A DNA stretch of 64,000 nucleotides from Candidatus Hydrogenedentota bacterium (GTDB lineage Bacteria; Hydrogenedentota; Hydrogenedentia; Hydrogenedentales; SLHB01): the NCBI GenBank assembly GCA_045863295.1, contig BTWA01000018.1:1-64000 (forward strand), read 5' to 3'. Position 1 is the first letter of the stretch. Every line of letters begins with the position of its first letter. Under the pieces are notes generated by a model that was given only the letters and a program-made list of their open reading frames with translations, did no database searches and had not been told where the DNA came from. The position numbers were made by a program, and so were the translations under genes. Positions 9,378 through 18,245 of this stretch are shown here, in pieces.

Positions 9378-10211
9378 TTATACGAATGACTTGAGCCATT
9401 CGAGGGATAGCAGCACCAGATTCACATTTGAGACTAGTTGGATACCGGCAAGGAGCGTGAGGGCAAAGATCACGCGGTTAAAAGTCCTCTCGTGCACCCG
9501 ATCATGCATCCACTTGCCCATCCAAGACCCCACTGGAATGAGAGGAATGAGAAAAAGGTCAAAACGGAGAACTGGCCAATCAATCAAATTAACGGTCACG
9601 TAGAAAGGCACCTTGGTTAGGTTGATGAGCGTAAAGGTCCATGCGACTGTACCGACAAAGAGCGATTTTCCCATGCCTTGTGCGAACATGTAGAGGCCGA
9701 CGATGGGTCCGGCGGCGTGAGCGATGGTGGAGGTGAACCCGGCGGCCACGCCGGCCACCCATGCCGACTTCCGGCCTGGTTTGTGATTGGCGACCCATCC
9801 GAGGGCTGACTCTTTGGCTAGTATATACACCGCAAACAAAATGGCCACGAACCCAGTGAAACGCTTGATCCATACCCCGTACAGATTTACGCCTTGGTCG
9901 CCAATCCACCACCACACCCCAGCGCCGATCAGGATGCCCAGGATGCTGGGAAGGTAGATGGCGCGAATGTGCCGCCAGTCCTTGTTCCGGCGATGGTGGT
10001 AAATGGCGTTCAGGTCAAGCAACACCAAAAGCGGCAGGAGGGTGGCCGCGACCTTGTCGACTGGCATCACCAGCATCATAAGAGGCAACGATAAGATGCC
10101 CGCGCCACCCGCGAAACCGGATTTGCTGATGCCTTGGATAATGATTGCAAGGCCCACGAATATCCAGAAGACAGAGGTGGGCACGCCGGGTTCGATAAAT
10201 GGCTGGAGCAT
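9378..10211 (-). CDS. TauE/SafE (TSUP) family permease
   Basis: GISKSGFAGGAG and AGFTSTIAHAAGP repeats; about 8 hydrophobic segments. Confidence 0.85.
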   Translation of the reverse strand: MLQPFIEPGVPTSVFWIFVGLAIIIQGISKSGFAGGAGILSLPLMMLVMPVDKVAATLLPLLVLLDLNAIYHHRRNKDWRHIRAIYLPSILGILIGAGVWWWIGDQGVNLYGVWIKRFTGFVAILFAVYILAKESALGWVANHKPGRKSAWVAGVAAGFTSTIAHAAGPIVGLYMFAQGMGKSLFVGTVAWTFTLINLTKVPFYVTVNLIDWPVLRFDLFLIPLIPVGSWMGKWMHDRVHERTFNRVIFALTLLAGIQLVSNVNLVLLSLEWLKSFV

Positions 10212-10289
10212 AGGAGACTTTCGGGCAGGCCTGTTACTCGTATTGAGCCGGAAGTGAATCACAAAGACGGGGCGGGTATCAAAAGCGTA

Positions 10290-10319
10290 GCGGCCGCGGA
10301 TCCTTCAGCCGCGGCCGCT
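10290..10319. terminator. GC-rich inverted repeat, possible terminator
   Basis: GCGGCCGCGG...CCGCGGCCGC stem between two co-oriented genes; the U-tract is weak. Confidence 0.4.
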
Positions 10320-10359
10320 CGAAGCCGGTTGTGTAGATAGTACGAGCGTGTGGCGTGGT

Positions 10360-11322
10360 TCAGCCTCGTTTGGCCAGAATCTCAGCCGCATCCGCTGTAA
10401 CAATTTTGAGCAATGCATCTTGATCGGCGGATGTCATATGCCGTGCGGTTTTTTCAATCATGGTCTTAAAGTAGGCGACTTCCTCCGGAGCTACGGGATA
10501 TCCCGTATTGCCTTGCGGGCCGTCGGAAGTGACGATGGTCTTTCCATCGGCATCGAGAATTGCCATCCAGGGGATGCCCCCCTCAACCTTTCGGTACTTC
10601 GCGGCCACGGCTTGCGCGTTGTCCATTGTAGCCAGATCGATCTTGAGCGGAATGTAGTCTTTGCTGACGAGGGCTTCGACGTCTGGTTTGGCCAGGAAGG
10701 CTTCCAATTTGCGGCACCAACCGCACGACGGCGAACCCAGGTGAAGTAGAACTTTCTTATCGTCCTTCTTGGCTTGCGCCAAGGCGGCTTCCAGCCGTGC
10801 CTGCGCGTCGGCCTTCGCGGGTTTCCATTGATTCAAGAATGCGAGCACTTTTGCCGGATCGTGCTTGGGGCCGATTTCCAACGAGCCGGTTTCCTGATTG
10901 ACGAGTACCTTGTTGTCGGGAGAAAGCACGGTGAGGTAGGGCACGCCCTGCATGTCCGTTACATACGCCTTCACAACTTCTGGATTGCTTCGTGTATCGA
11001 GATGCACCAGCACGTAACTTTCCCGCAACACAGCGGCGATTTCCTGATTGGAATCGAACAGTCCTTGCAGGAGATGGCACCAGCCGCACCAATTGCCGCC
11101 AAACTGAATCAGTACATTCTTGCCATCGGCTTGCGCCTTTTTCAGCGCCGCGTCGACCAGTGCACGACCATTGCCGGATTCGTCGTAGATGGCCTTTCGT
11201 TCCGCCGATTGCTCTCCAACAGCCGAGGCCCGATCGGGCGACAAGATGAGATAGATACCTGATATGAGCGCGCAGCATACGACCAGAACAGGCCCAATAC
11301 GTTCCGTTTTGAACATATCCAT
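10360..11322 (-). CDS. Exported protein with tandem thioredoxin-like domains
   Basis: WCGWC and SCGWC active-site motifs; cis-Pro GVP/GIP loops; N-terminal hydrophobic segment. Confidence 0.8.
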   Translation of the reverse strand: MDMFKTERIGPVLVVCCALISGIYLILSPDRASAVGEQSAERKAIYDESGNGRALVDAALKKAQADGKNVLIQFGGNWCGWCHLLQGLFDSNQEIAAVLRESYVLVHLDTRSNPEVVKAYVTDMQGVPYLTVLSPDNKVLVNQETGSLEIGPKHDPAKVLAFLNQWKPAKADAQARLEAALAQAKKDDKKVLLHLGSPSCGWCRKLEAFLAKPDVEALVSKDYIPLKIDLATMDNAQAVAAKYRKVEGGIPWMAILDADGKTIVTSDGPQGNTGYPVAPEEVAYFKTMIEKTARHMTSADQDALLKIVTADAAEILAKRG

Positions 11323-11554
11323 TCCCTCCCTGTTCAAACCTCGTGTTTAGTAGACAACGGAGAATCGGCTTACGTGAAAATGACCGCATTCCATTGCACC
11401 GATCACGGACTTCTTCCTTGGATAAATTGCCCGAGACGCCAAGTGTATTTTGCTCTTCGTTGCACTATACTACGCCCACTGTACCGATACGGCAAGTACA
11501 TCGTATCGAAAGTATGCCGGCTCTGCTTGGGCGGGTTTATAAGGAAACAGCAAG

Positions 11555-13477
11555 ATGAATTCCCAAGCTAAATCGATCGTGGTCCTGATTCTCCTGTCAG
11601 TTGCCGCAGGGGGTGCTTGGTTGTACTTAAGAAAGCCTCCCGTCCCTGCGGAAACTCCAACGGCGAAGGAAGAGGCTCCGGCCGAAGTGCTCCCAAAGGA
11701 AGAGTCCCCTTCAGTCGAAGAGGCTGAGATTGCCGAGGTGCCCGACACTTCGGTGGTTACGCCTGTGCATCCCGCCATGAAACCGGCGGACCTTTCGTTT
11801 CTCAAGGGGATGCTGACGGGTACAAAAGATCCGTTTGAAGAGACCAACGGCAAAATAACAGGCACCGTCATTGATCCAAACGAAGTGCCGGTGGCGAACG
11901 CGACGGTATCACTGACTCGGACGATGGCCGGATTCTCCATGGATCAGATACAAGAAATGATGAAGGATCCGGAGGCGATGCAGCACCTGAAGTCTGAGCC
12001 CGAAGTGATTTCCACCGTGCACTCGTCGGCGGACGGTACATTCTTGTTTGGCGACTTACCGGCGAACGCATATACGGTCAGAGCGGAATCGGGGAATCGA
12101 GTCGCCACCCAATCGACATTCATCATGCCGTATGCGTCTCAACAATCCATTGTTTTGAAGGTTGATGTTCCTGGGGCCATCACCGGCAAGGTTGTGGACG
12201 AGCGGGGTTTGCCAGTTGCGGGCGCCGAGGTTGCGCCTTCGCGAAATGGATTCGATCCGATCAACATGAACGCCCGCACGGTAACCACCGTTGCCGATGG
12301 CGCATTTACCTTTTCAGACCTGGACAACGGCACTTGGGTACTGACCGTCGAGGCGAAAGGATACCCGACGCTTCGATCCGAACCTGTTGAAACGGGGGGA
12401 GTTCCGGTGACGCTGCAATTGAAGCCGGGGGGCGGTGTGACAGGATCCGTGTATCACGTGACGACGTCGCAACCGGTCGCAGGGATGCGACTGGGGCTTA
12501 CGATGTTTTCGGAGAACTACGACATGAAATCCGTCACGACCGATGAAGCTGGAAAATTCACGATCGAAGGCCTTTACCCGGGTGTGTACACCGTGGAAAG
12601 CCGGAGCGAGACGTACTCGCTTGCCGATGGAAAGGTGGAAGTGTCCGTGCCCGAGCCGGGATTTCCACCGGCGAATATTCGCCTGACCGCGGGGGAAGGT
12701 GGCGTCGTGCGGGGGCGTGTCGTCAACGCCCGGACGCGGGAGGGGATTGCCGGCGTCACTGTGCACCCGACCGTGTTGGGCGGTGAAATGCAGATGATGG
12801 ATATGGGGTTCACGCCGGGTTCGGGGGCGAAGTCGGGTCCCGATGGATCGTTTGAAATCGTGAATCTCAAGCCCGGCACCGTGCAACTTGATGTGGGCGA
12901 AGGCAAAGGATTAATGGGTATGTCTTTTTTGCCTACACAACGCACTGGGGTACGGGTAAACGTAGCATTGGGAGAAGTGATTGAAAACGTGGAAATCGCC
13001 ATCAATCCCGGCGCGACGGTATCGGGGCAGGTCACGGGGGCGGACGGAAAGCCTGTAGTTGGCGCCGTGATCATGGGCATGAATGTCGAGCAAATCGCTG
13101 CACAAATGGTCTTCGGCTCTGATTCCGAAGTGGACAGGAGCAATTTTCCGCTGCCAATTGGACCTGCTGTGTCGGACAACGAGGGAAAGTTCAGCCTAGA
13201 GGGCGTCAGCGAGTCGCGTGTGAGCCTGATGGTGATGAGCATGAGCGGCGGTGGCGAGGGGATGGGGGAGGGGGGGCCGTCCGTGTTTGGGCCGTTCGAC
13301 GTAGGGGAGAATGGTCTGACCAATCTTTCGATCAACATGTCCGACGCACGCAGCATGATGGACATGTTCCAAGAAATGGGAATCGACCCCGAGCAGCAAA
13401 TGCGTGAGGCCCAAGAAGCTGCCGAGGCGGCCCAATCCGAAGAGCCCGCGCCGCCGGAGCCGGTGGAATTGCCATAA
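11555..13477 (+). CDS. Membrane-anchored protein with repeated carboxypeptidase-regulatory-like (beta-sandwich) domains
   Basis: N-terminal TM; about 5 repeats of ITG.V.D..G.PVAGA.V...T..DG.F....L..G.Y. Confidence 0.75.
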   Translation: MNSQAKSIVVLILLSVAAGGAWLYLRKPPVPAETPTAKEEAPAEVLPKEESPSVEEAEIAEVPDTSVVTPVHPAMKPADLSFLKGMLTGTKDPFEETNGKITGTVIDPNEVPVANATVSLTRTMAGFSMDQIQEMMKDPEAMQHLKSEPEVISTVHSSADGTFLFGDLPANAYTVRAESGNRVATQSTFIMPYASQQSIVLKVDVPGAITGKVVDERGLPVAGAEVAPSRNGFDPINMNARTVTTVADGAFTFSDLDNGTWVLTVEAKGYPTLRSEPVETGGVPVTLQLKPGGGVTGSVYHVTTSQPVAGMRLGLTMFSENYDMKSVTTDEAGKFTIEGLYPGVYTVESRSETYSLADGKVEVSVPEPGFPPANIRLTAGEGGVVRGRVVNARTREGIAGVTVHPTVLGGEMQMMDMGFTPGSGAKSGPDGSFEIVNLKPGTVQLDVGEGKGLMGMSFLPTQRTGVRVNVALGEVIENVEIAINPGATVSGQVTGADGKPVVGAVIMGMNVEQIAAQMVFGSDSEVDRSNFPLPIGPAVSDNEGKFSLEGVSESRVSLMVMSMSGGGEGMGEGGPSVFGPFDVGENGLTNLSINMSDARSMMDMFQEMGIDPEQQMREAQEAAEAAQSEEPAPPEPVELP

Positions 13478-13595
13478 GTCGGTGGACGAATCGTTGAACG
13501 CTTGCTTGAATTCATTGGCCTTCAAGTGCCACCGTGTATCCAAATGGCGTGAGCCGGCACTTGGGCCGGAGAGGGATATCGCGAAAGGAATGGTC

Positions 13596-14804
13596 ATGTT
13601 TAGATCCATGTGCGTGGGACTGGGATTTGCTATCGCCGCCAGTTCGGCATTAGGCGCGCCGCTGGAAGGGCGAATCATTAAATTAAAAGCAGGCCAGCAA
13701 TTCAGTGTGAACGTGCCGTTAAGTTTGTCTGCGGACGGTGTCGAGGATGGAACGCGGGTCAAAGTCGTTGAACCCAAGACGGGCAAGTCCTTTCCCTCGA
13801 CCGTTCGCGGTGGCGAACTGGTGTTTATATCGGAAGGCGCGATGCCCGGCACGGAGCATGAGTACATTGTCGATCCGCAAGGCGACGCACAGGTTCCTTT
13901 TATTGTTAACCTGACGCCTGTGGAGGGCAAGAAGGCCATTGATGTGCGCATTGCCGATGAACACTTCACCACATACCACTACAGCGAAGAATGGAAGAAG
14001 CCGTTTCTTTGGCCCGTGAATACGGAATATGGCGTCGGCATCACGCGCGATTTTCCCATGGGAGAAAAAGAGATTACCGGCGATCATCCCCATCATAAAT
14101 CGATGTGGGTGGCCTATGGCGCATTGAACGGCGTGGACTGCTGGGCCGAGGGTGAAAACTCCGGTTTTCAGGAAACGGTGTCGGTCGAACATGGATCCGG
14201 CGACGCCTATGGCTGGATCCGCGCCAAGAATGTGTGGACAGACAAAGATCACAAACCCGTGATTTCAGAGGAACGCGAATACCGGTTTTATGCGTCGCCG
14301 GCCAATGCGCGCCTTTTTGATTTGACGGTGACCTTCACTGCGGATCACGGCGATGTGCTTTGGAAGGATACGAAGGAAGGTGGAATCTTTGCATTCCGGA
14401 TCCGCGACAGCATCAACGGCGAGCATGCAGGCGTTATGACGCTTTCCGATGGCCAACAGAAACAAGAAAACACGTGGGGCAAGCCCGCGCCATGGCTGGA
14501 TTACTCCGGCGAAATCGCGGACAAAGGCTGGGCGGGGATCTCCGTGTTCGATAACGCCGCCAACTTGCGTTTTCCCACCCGCTGGCATTGCCGCGACTAT
14601 GGCCTCGTCGGTGCGAACATGTTCGGCCTGAACGATTTCACCGCCGGCAAGGAGAACGGCGACTTTACGCTGAAATCGGGCGAGACCATTACGTTCAAAT
14701 ACCGGTGCCTGATTCATTCGGGCGATGTAAAGCAGGGTGCAGTGGCCGATCGCTACGCGGATTATGCCACTCCGCCCTCAGCCGCTTGGGCCGAAAGCAA
14801 CTGA
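13596..14804 (+). CDS. DUF6807 / 'PmoA-family' secreted protein (not particulate methane monooxygenase)
   Basis: KPFLWPV, TRDFP, DHPHHKSMW, DTKEGG and WHCRDYG motifs; signal peptide. Confidence 0.7.
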   Translation: MFRSMCVGLGFAIAASSALGAPLEGRIIKLKAGQQFSVNVPLSLSADGVEDGTRVKVVEPKTGKSFPSTVRGGELVFISEGAMPGTEHEYIVDPQGDAQVPFIVNLTPVEGKKAIDVRIADEHFTTYHYSEEWKKPFLWPVNTEYGVGITRDFPMGEKEITGDHPHHKSMWVAYGALNGVDCWAEGENSGFQETVSVEHGSGDAYGWIRAKNVWTDKDHKPVISEEREYRFYASPANARLFDLTVTFTADHGDVLWKDTKEGGIFAFRIRDSINGEHAGVMTLSDGQQKQENTWGKPAPWLDYSGEIADKGWAGISVFDNAANLRFPTRWHCRDYGLVGANMFGLNDFTAGKENGDFTLKSGETITFKYRCLIHSGDVKQGAVADRYADYATPPSAAWAESN

Positions 14805-14831
14805 ATGCATTGATGCAGGGGATGCAGTATT

Positions 14832-14871
14832 TGCGGGCCGCTTCCTGTTAGTGGAAGGGCCCGCATTTTTT
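14832..14871 (+). terminator. Rho-independent terminator
   Basis: TGCGGGCC(G)CTTCC...GGAAGGGCCCGCA followed by TTTTTT. Confidence 0.75.
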
Positions 14872-14897
14872 GCAGACGGTGAGGAGCAATTTGCGTC

Positions 14898-15773
14898 ATG
14901 GGTGTGGTTATTGAAAGCCCGTATCAGCGAGGCGGATCGCTCTGGTTACGAGGCAACCTGCACGCACATACGACCAACAGCGATGGCCGCAATCCTCCAC
15001 AAGCGGTGGTGGACGCCTATGCCGCTCTTGGCTATGACTTTCTGATGATTAGCGATCACGACTATTTGACCGAGCCAGAGCCCCTTTCGTCGCGCGGGAT
15101 GATTTTGCTTCGCGGCAACGAGATAACGGCGAACGGCCCGCATGTTTTGCATGTGGGCGCCTCATTCGTTGTACCACCCGCCGCTGACCGCCAGGAGGCC
15201 ATTGATGGAGTCCTGACCGATGGGGGCATTGCGATTGTGGCCCATCCCAACTGGGAACGCGATTTCAATCACTGTCCCCACGAGTTGCTCAATCGATGGT
15301 CGGGTTATGCAGGTATTGAGGTGTATAACGGCGTCGTACGAAGGCTCGACGGCAATCCGCTGGCAACTGACCGCTGGGATCGCCTCCTGAGTGCCGAGAG
15401 GCGAATTTGGGGATTCGCGCACGATGACAGCCACCGTGACGAGGACATCGGACAGGCTTGGATTATGACGCGAAGCGAGGATCGTACGTCGGAGGCCATT
15501 ACCCATTCAATTGCCTGCGGCGCTTTTTATGCCAGCACCGGCGTGACAGTCGTCGATGTTTCTGTTGGCGGCGCAACCATTTATTTGGAGACTGAAGACG
15601 CGCAGCAGATTGCGGTCGTTGCGGATCATGGCCGTCGTATAGCCAAGTCGGATGGCAAATCCCTTTCGTTTACGGTGCCCGCCGACCTCGACGCGAGCTA
15701 CGTGCGTTTCGAGTGCTGGGGGTGGGGAGAGTGCATGGCCTGGACTCAGCCGTTCTTCATTTCCCGCCGTTGA
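14898..15773 (+). CDS. PHP-domain metallohydrolase (CehA/McbA-like)
   Basis: GNLHAHTTNSDG, SDHD, AHPNW, IEVYN and DDSH motifs. Confidence 0.85.
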   Translation: MGVVIESPYQRGGSLWLRGNLHAHTTNSDGRNPPQAVVDAYAALGYDFLMISDHDYLTEPEPLSSRGMILLRGNEITANGPHVLHVGASFVVPPAADRQEAIDGVLTDGGIAIVAHPNWERDFNHCPHELLNRWSGYAGIEVYNGVVRRLDGNPLATDRWDRLLSAERRIWGFAHDDSHRDEDIGQAWIMTRSEDRTSEAITHSIACGAFYASTGVTVVDVSVGGATIYLETEDAQQIAVVADHGRRIAKSDGKSLSFTVPADLDASYVRFECWGWGECMAWTQPFFISRR

Positions 15774-15777
15774 CAGG

Positions 15778-16563
15778 TCAGTTGATTTCCACGAGCATGC
15801 CGTCTTCCGCCGCAACGACGTCGATTCCCAGTTCGTCGCTCATGCGCTTGGCGACATCGGCGGGAACAGCTTCGAGCATAGACATGCCGAAATGACTCAG
15901 TATGGCTTTCCCAGGCCGCACTTCCCGCAAAATCTCCATGCTGTCTTCCACGGACAGGTGCAGAATGCGCGGATGCGGTGGCGGTTCGAAGAACGTAACA
16001 TTAATTACGAGAATATCGGCACCTAAATAACTTTGTGAAAGTTCGGGGAAGTAGCGGGTGTCCACCAGGAAACCGATTTTGGTGCTACCGGTATCGAAAA
16101 TGAGCCCATACGTTTCAATGCCGTGATGGTGCGCCTGCGACGCCTGAAATGATATCCCATGAAAGTGATATTCGCACTTCGCTTCAATTGGTGTAATGGC
16201 ATCCAGAAATGGACAAAGATACCGCATGACTACGGCATGCTCGCCTTGCAGGCAGGATTGAGGGGCAAACAACAACCCACCCCGGCTGAAACCGCCCGCT
16301 GTCATGGCATCAATCACAATATTTACGTCGTTGCAGTGATCGATATGGCCGTGCGTGAGGATTACCGCATTCAAGGCCGCGGGATCGATAGGGGGATCGC
16401 ACTGTGCGCAGCGGACGAGGGATCCGGGTCCTGGATCCATCAGGATGTTTTGTCCGTTCATGTGCATGAAAATGCCGCCGGAGGCGCGCGTCTGACGCGC
16501 AACGACCCAGCGGGAACCGGCTGTCCCAAGAAATCGGATGTAATTCTTGTCAGGAGTGATCAC
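15778..16563 (-). CDS. Metallo-beta-lactamase-fold hydrolase
   Basis: FLGTAGS, DPGPG, THGHIDH and SHFG motifs. Confidence 0.85.
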   Translation of the reverse strand: MITPDKNYIRFLGTAGSRWVVARQTRASGGIFMHMNGQNILMDPGPGSLVRCAQCDPPIDPAALNAVILTHGHIDHCNDVNIVIDAMTAGGFSRGGLLFAPQSCLQGEHAVVMRYLCPFLDAITPIEAKCEYHFHGISFQASQAHHHGIETYGLIFDTGSTKIGFLVDTRYFPELSQSYLGADILVINVTFFEPPPHPRILHLSVEDSMEILREVRPGKAILSHFGMSMLEAVPADVAKRMSDELGIDVVAAEDGMLVEIN

Positions 16564-16630
16564 GAAGTATTCCCATTAGGCCCGAACCGAATGCCAGTGT
16601 GCCACAGACAGTGGTGGAGATGCACCGAGC

Positions 16631-17251
16631 TCATACTTCACACACGGGCTTTCGCCAGAACGCGGTGTCGGTGACACCGCTACTGGTCCACGTGCGATCC
16701 CAGTTCTCCACGCGACCTGAGAATTCCGCCCATGCTAACGTGGCCGGGTCTTCGTGAGGACCTATTGCGAGGGGGGCACGGGAAGACGAAGGCAGGTAGC
16801 GATGCACGTCGTCAACCATAAGATATCCGGCCGGTTTCAATTTTGGAATAGCGCGATTGGAACAATCCGCCCGCCAATTCGACACACCATCCACTACGAC
16901 CAAGTCGAAAGTCTCGTCCTGAAATCCATCAATAGCGCTTACGTAACCTGATTCATCCGGCCGCAACCATACCGCCACATTCGTCAGATTGGCATTTGCC
17001 GATTGGGCCTGGACCTTTTTGAACCAATCGCCGTCGTGCTCGACACTGATCATTGACTTTACTCGGCGTGCTGTCCATAACGTGCTTCGGCCCGATCCCC
17101 ATTCGAACACACATGCATCCTGGCTCAATATCGAGTGCAGCAAGGCCACCGCGTCGGGCGTGATCCAGGGTTCGTCTCTATGGCTCCACTGGTACGCAAA
17201 TAATCGTGCCCGGTCGAGAAGATAGCGGGCCGACCAGTGGCTCGGGATCAT
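16631..17251 (-). CDS. Class I SAM-dependent methyltransferase
   Basis: FEWGSGRST, SVEHD and FDLVVVDG; the ATG overlaps the upstream stop (TAATG at 17249-17253). Confidence 0.75.
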   Translation of the reverse strand: MIPSHWSARYLLDRARLFAYQWSHRDEPWITPDAVALLHSILSQDACVFEWGSGRSTLWTARRVKSMISVEHDGDWFKKVQAQSANANLTNVAVWLRPDESGYVSAIDGFQDETFDLVVVDGVSNWRADCSNRAIPKLKPAGYLMVDDVHRYLPSSSRAPLAIGPHEDPATLAWAEFSGRVENWDRTWTSSGVTDTAFWRKPVCEV

Positions 17252-18228
17252 TATTTCGAGGGTTCCGCGTATGCCTTGAAGCGATCGGCGACTCTTGCCT
17301 CTTCCACGGTTCCCTGAAATAGAAGCACCCGATAGCGTAGCTCGATATAATCCGCGGGTTCCACGACAACGGCTTTGGTGTGTGGCCATGAGACACCCAG
17401 AAACCCGTAGTGCCGGAGGATCCAACCGCCATGTGGATAATCCGGGTTGGAGGGATGTTGAAACGTAGCCACGCCGCATACCGGTCCCGAATCGTCTTCC
17501 TTCCATGTGATTGCGGTCCATGGTGTATCCATCCAAAGCACATCTTCGGCAATTACACCGTCTTTCCCATAGAAAGTAAATGGTGCGCGCGACTTGTCGG
17601 GCCGGAAGTTGAAACCTCCATACCCTTTCATAACCTTTTGCTTGCTATCCTCGTCGTCCTGTCCCTGAATGGTGAAGATTTCATTTGTAATGTTTTGAAA
17701 ACGGAGGAGAAAGTCGATGGCGCGTGTGCCGCCGTCGGCGGTCCAGACCGTGATGTATACTTGTTCGCGCACCTTGGGCCACGGGTCGTCATCGAAAAGC
17801 CAGACATTTTCAACGGCTACGGTGGCGGATTCGGCGGAAGATTGCTTTGCAAGCCAGCGATCAAAACGAGGATGCGCACCGGCCAGTGCCCAAATGTCGA
17901 TAATTCTGTCGCCGATACGTGTCATTGGCCATCCCCAAAAGATACCACGATGATGATAGTGATCGTCGGGAAAATCCTGAGTGACTACTGATCCATTAGG
18001 GCTGTAAACCGGGTGAAGATACGATGATCGCGTGAAGTGCGCGTCAACGCCTTCCGGTGCCTGCACGGGCTCATAGTTGTAGACAAGCACCGGTTCTTCA
18101 CCGTCGCGCACGGTTAGCTTGCCGGCTTCGTCGGTGAGCGAAAAGTCAGCGTGCACCCTATTTCCAACGAAGCACATCGCAATCGCCGCCAAGCCACTGA
18201 AAACGGTTTTGTAGTTCATCATTAGCAT
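17251..18228 (-). CDS. Second DUF6807 / 'PmoA-family' secreted protein
   Basis: YLHPVYSP, QDFPDDHYHHRGIFW, KGYGG and LRHYG motifs; signal peptide. Confidence 0.7.
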   Translation of the reverse strand: MLMMNYKTVFSGLAAIAMCFVGNRVHADFSLTDEAGKLTVRDGEEPVLVYNYEPVQAPEGVDAHFTRSSYLHPVYSPNGSVVTQDFPDDHYHHRGIFWGWPMTRIGDRIIDIWALAGAHPRFDRWLAKQSSAESATVAVENVWLFDDDPWPKVREQVYITVWTADGGTRAIDFLLRFQNITNEIFTIQGQDDEDSKQKVMKGYGGFNFRPDKSRAPFTFYGKDGVIAEDVLWMDTPWTAITWKEDDSGPVCGVATFQHPSNPDYPHGGWILRHYGFLGVSWPHTKAVVVEPADYIELRYRVLLFQGTVEEARVADRFKAYAEPSK

Positions 18229-18245
18229 TCCTTGTCTGGGCGAAA

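Noticed and set aside
13596..14804. Methane monooxygenase pmoA
   Set aside because: A soluble secreted protein with no pmoC or pmoB nearby; the family label is misleading.
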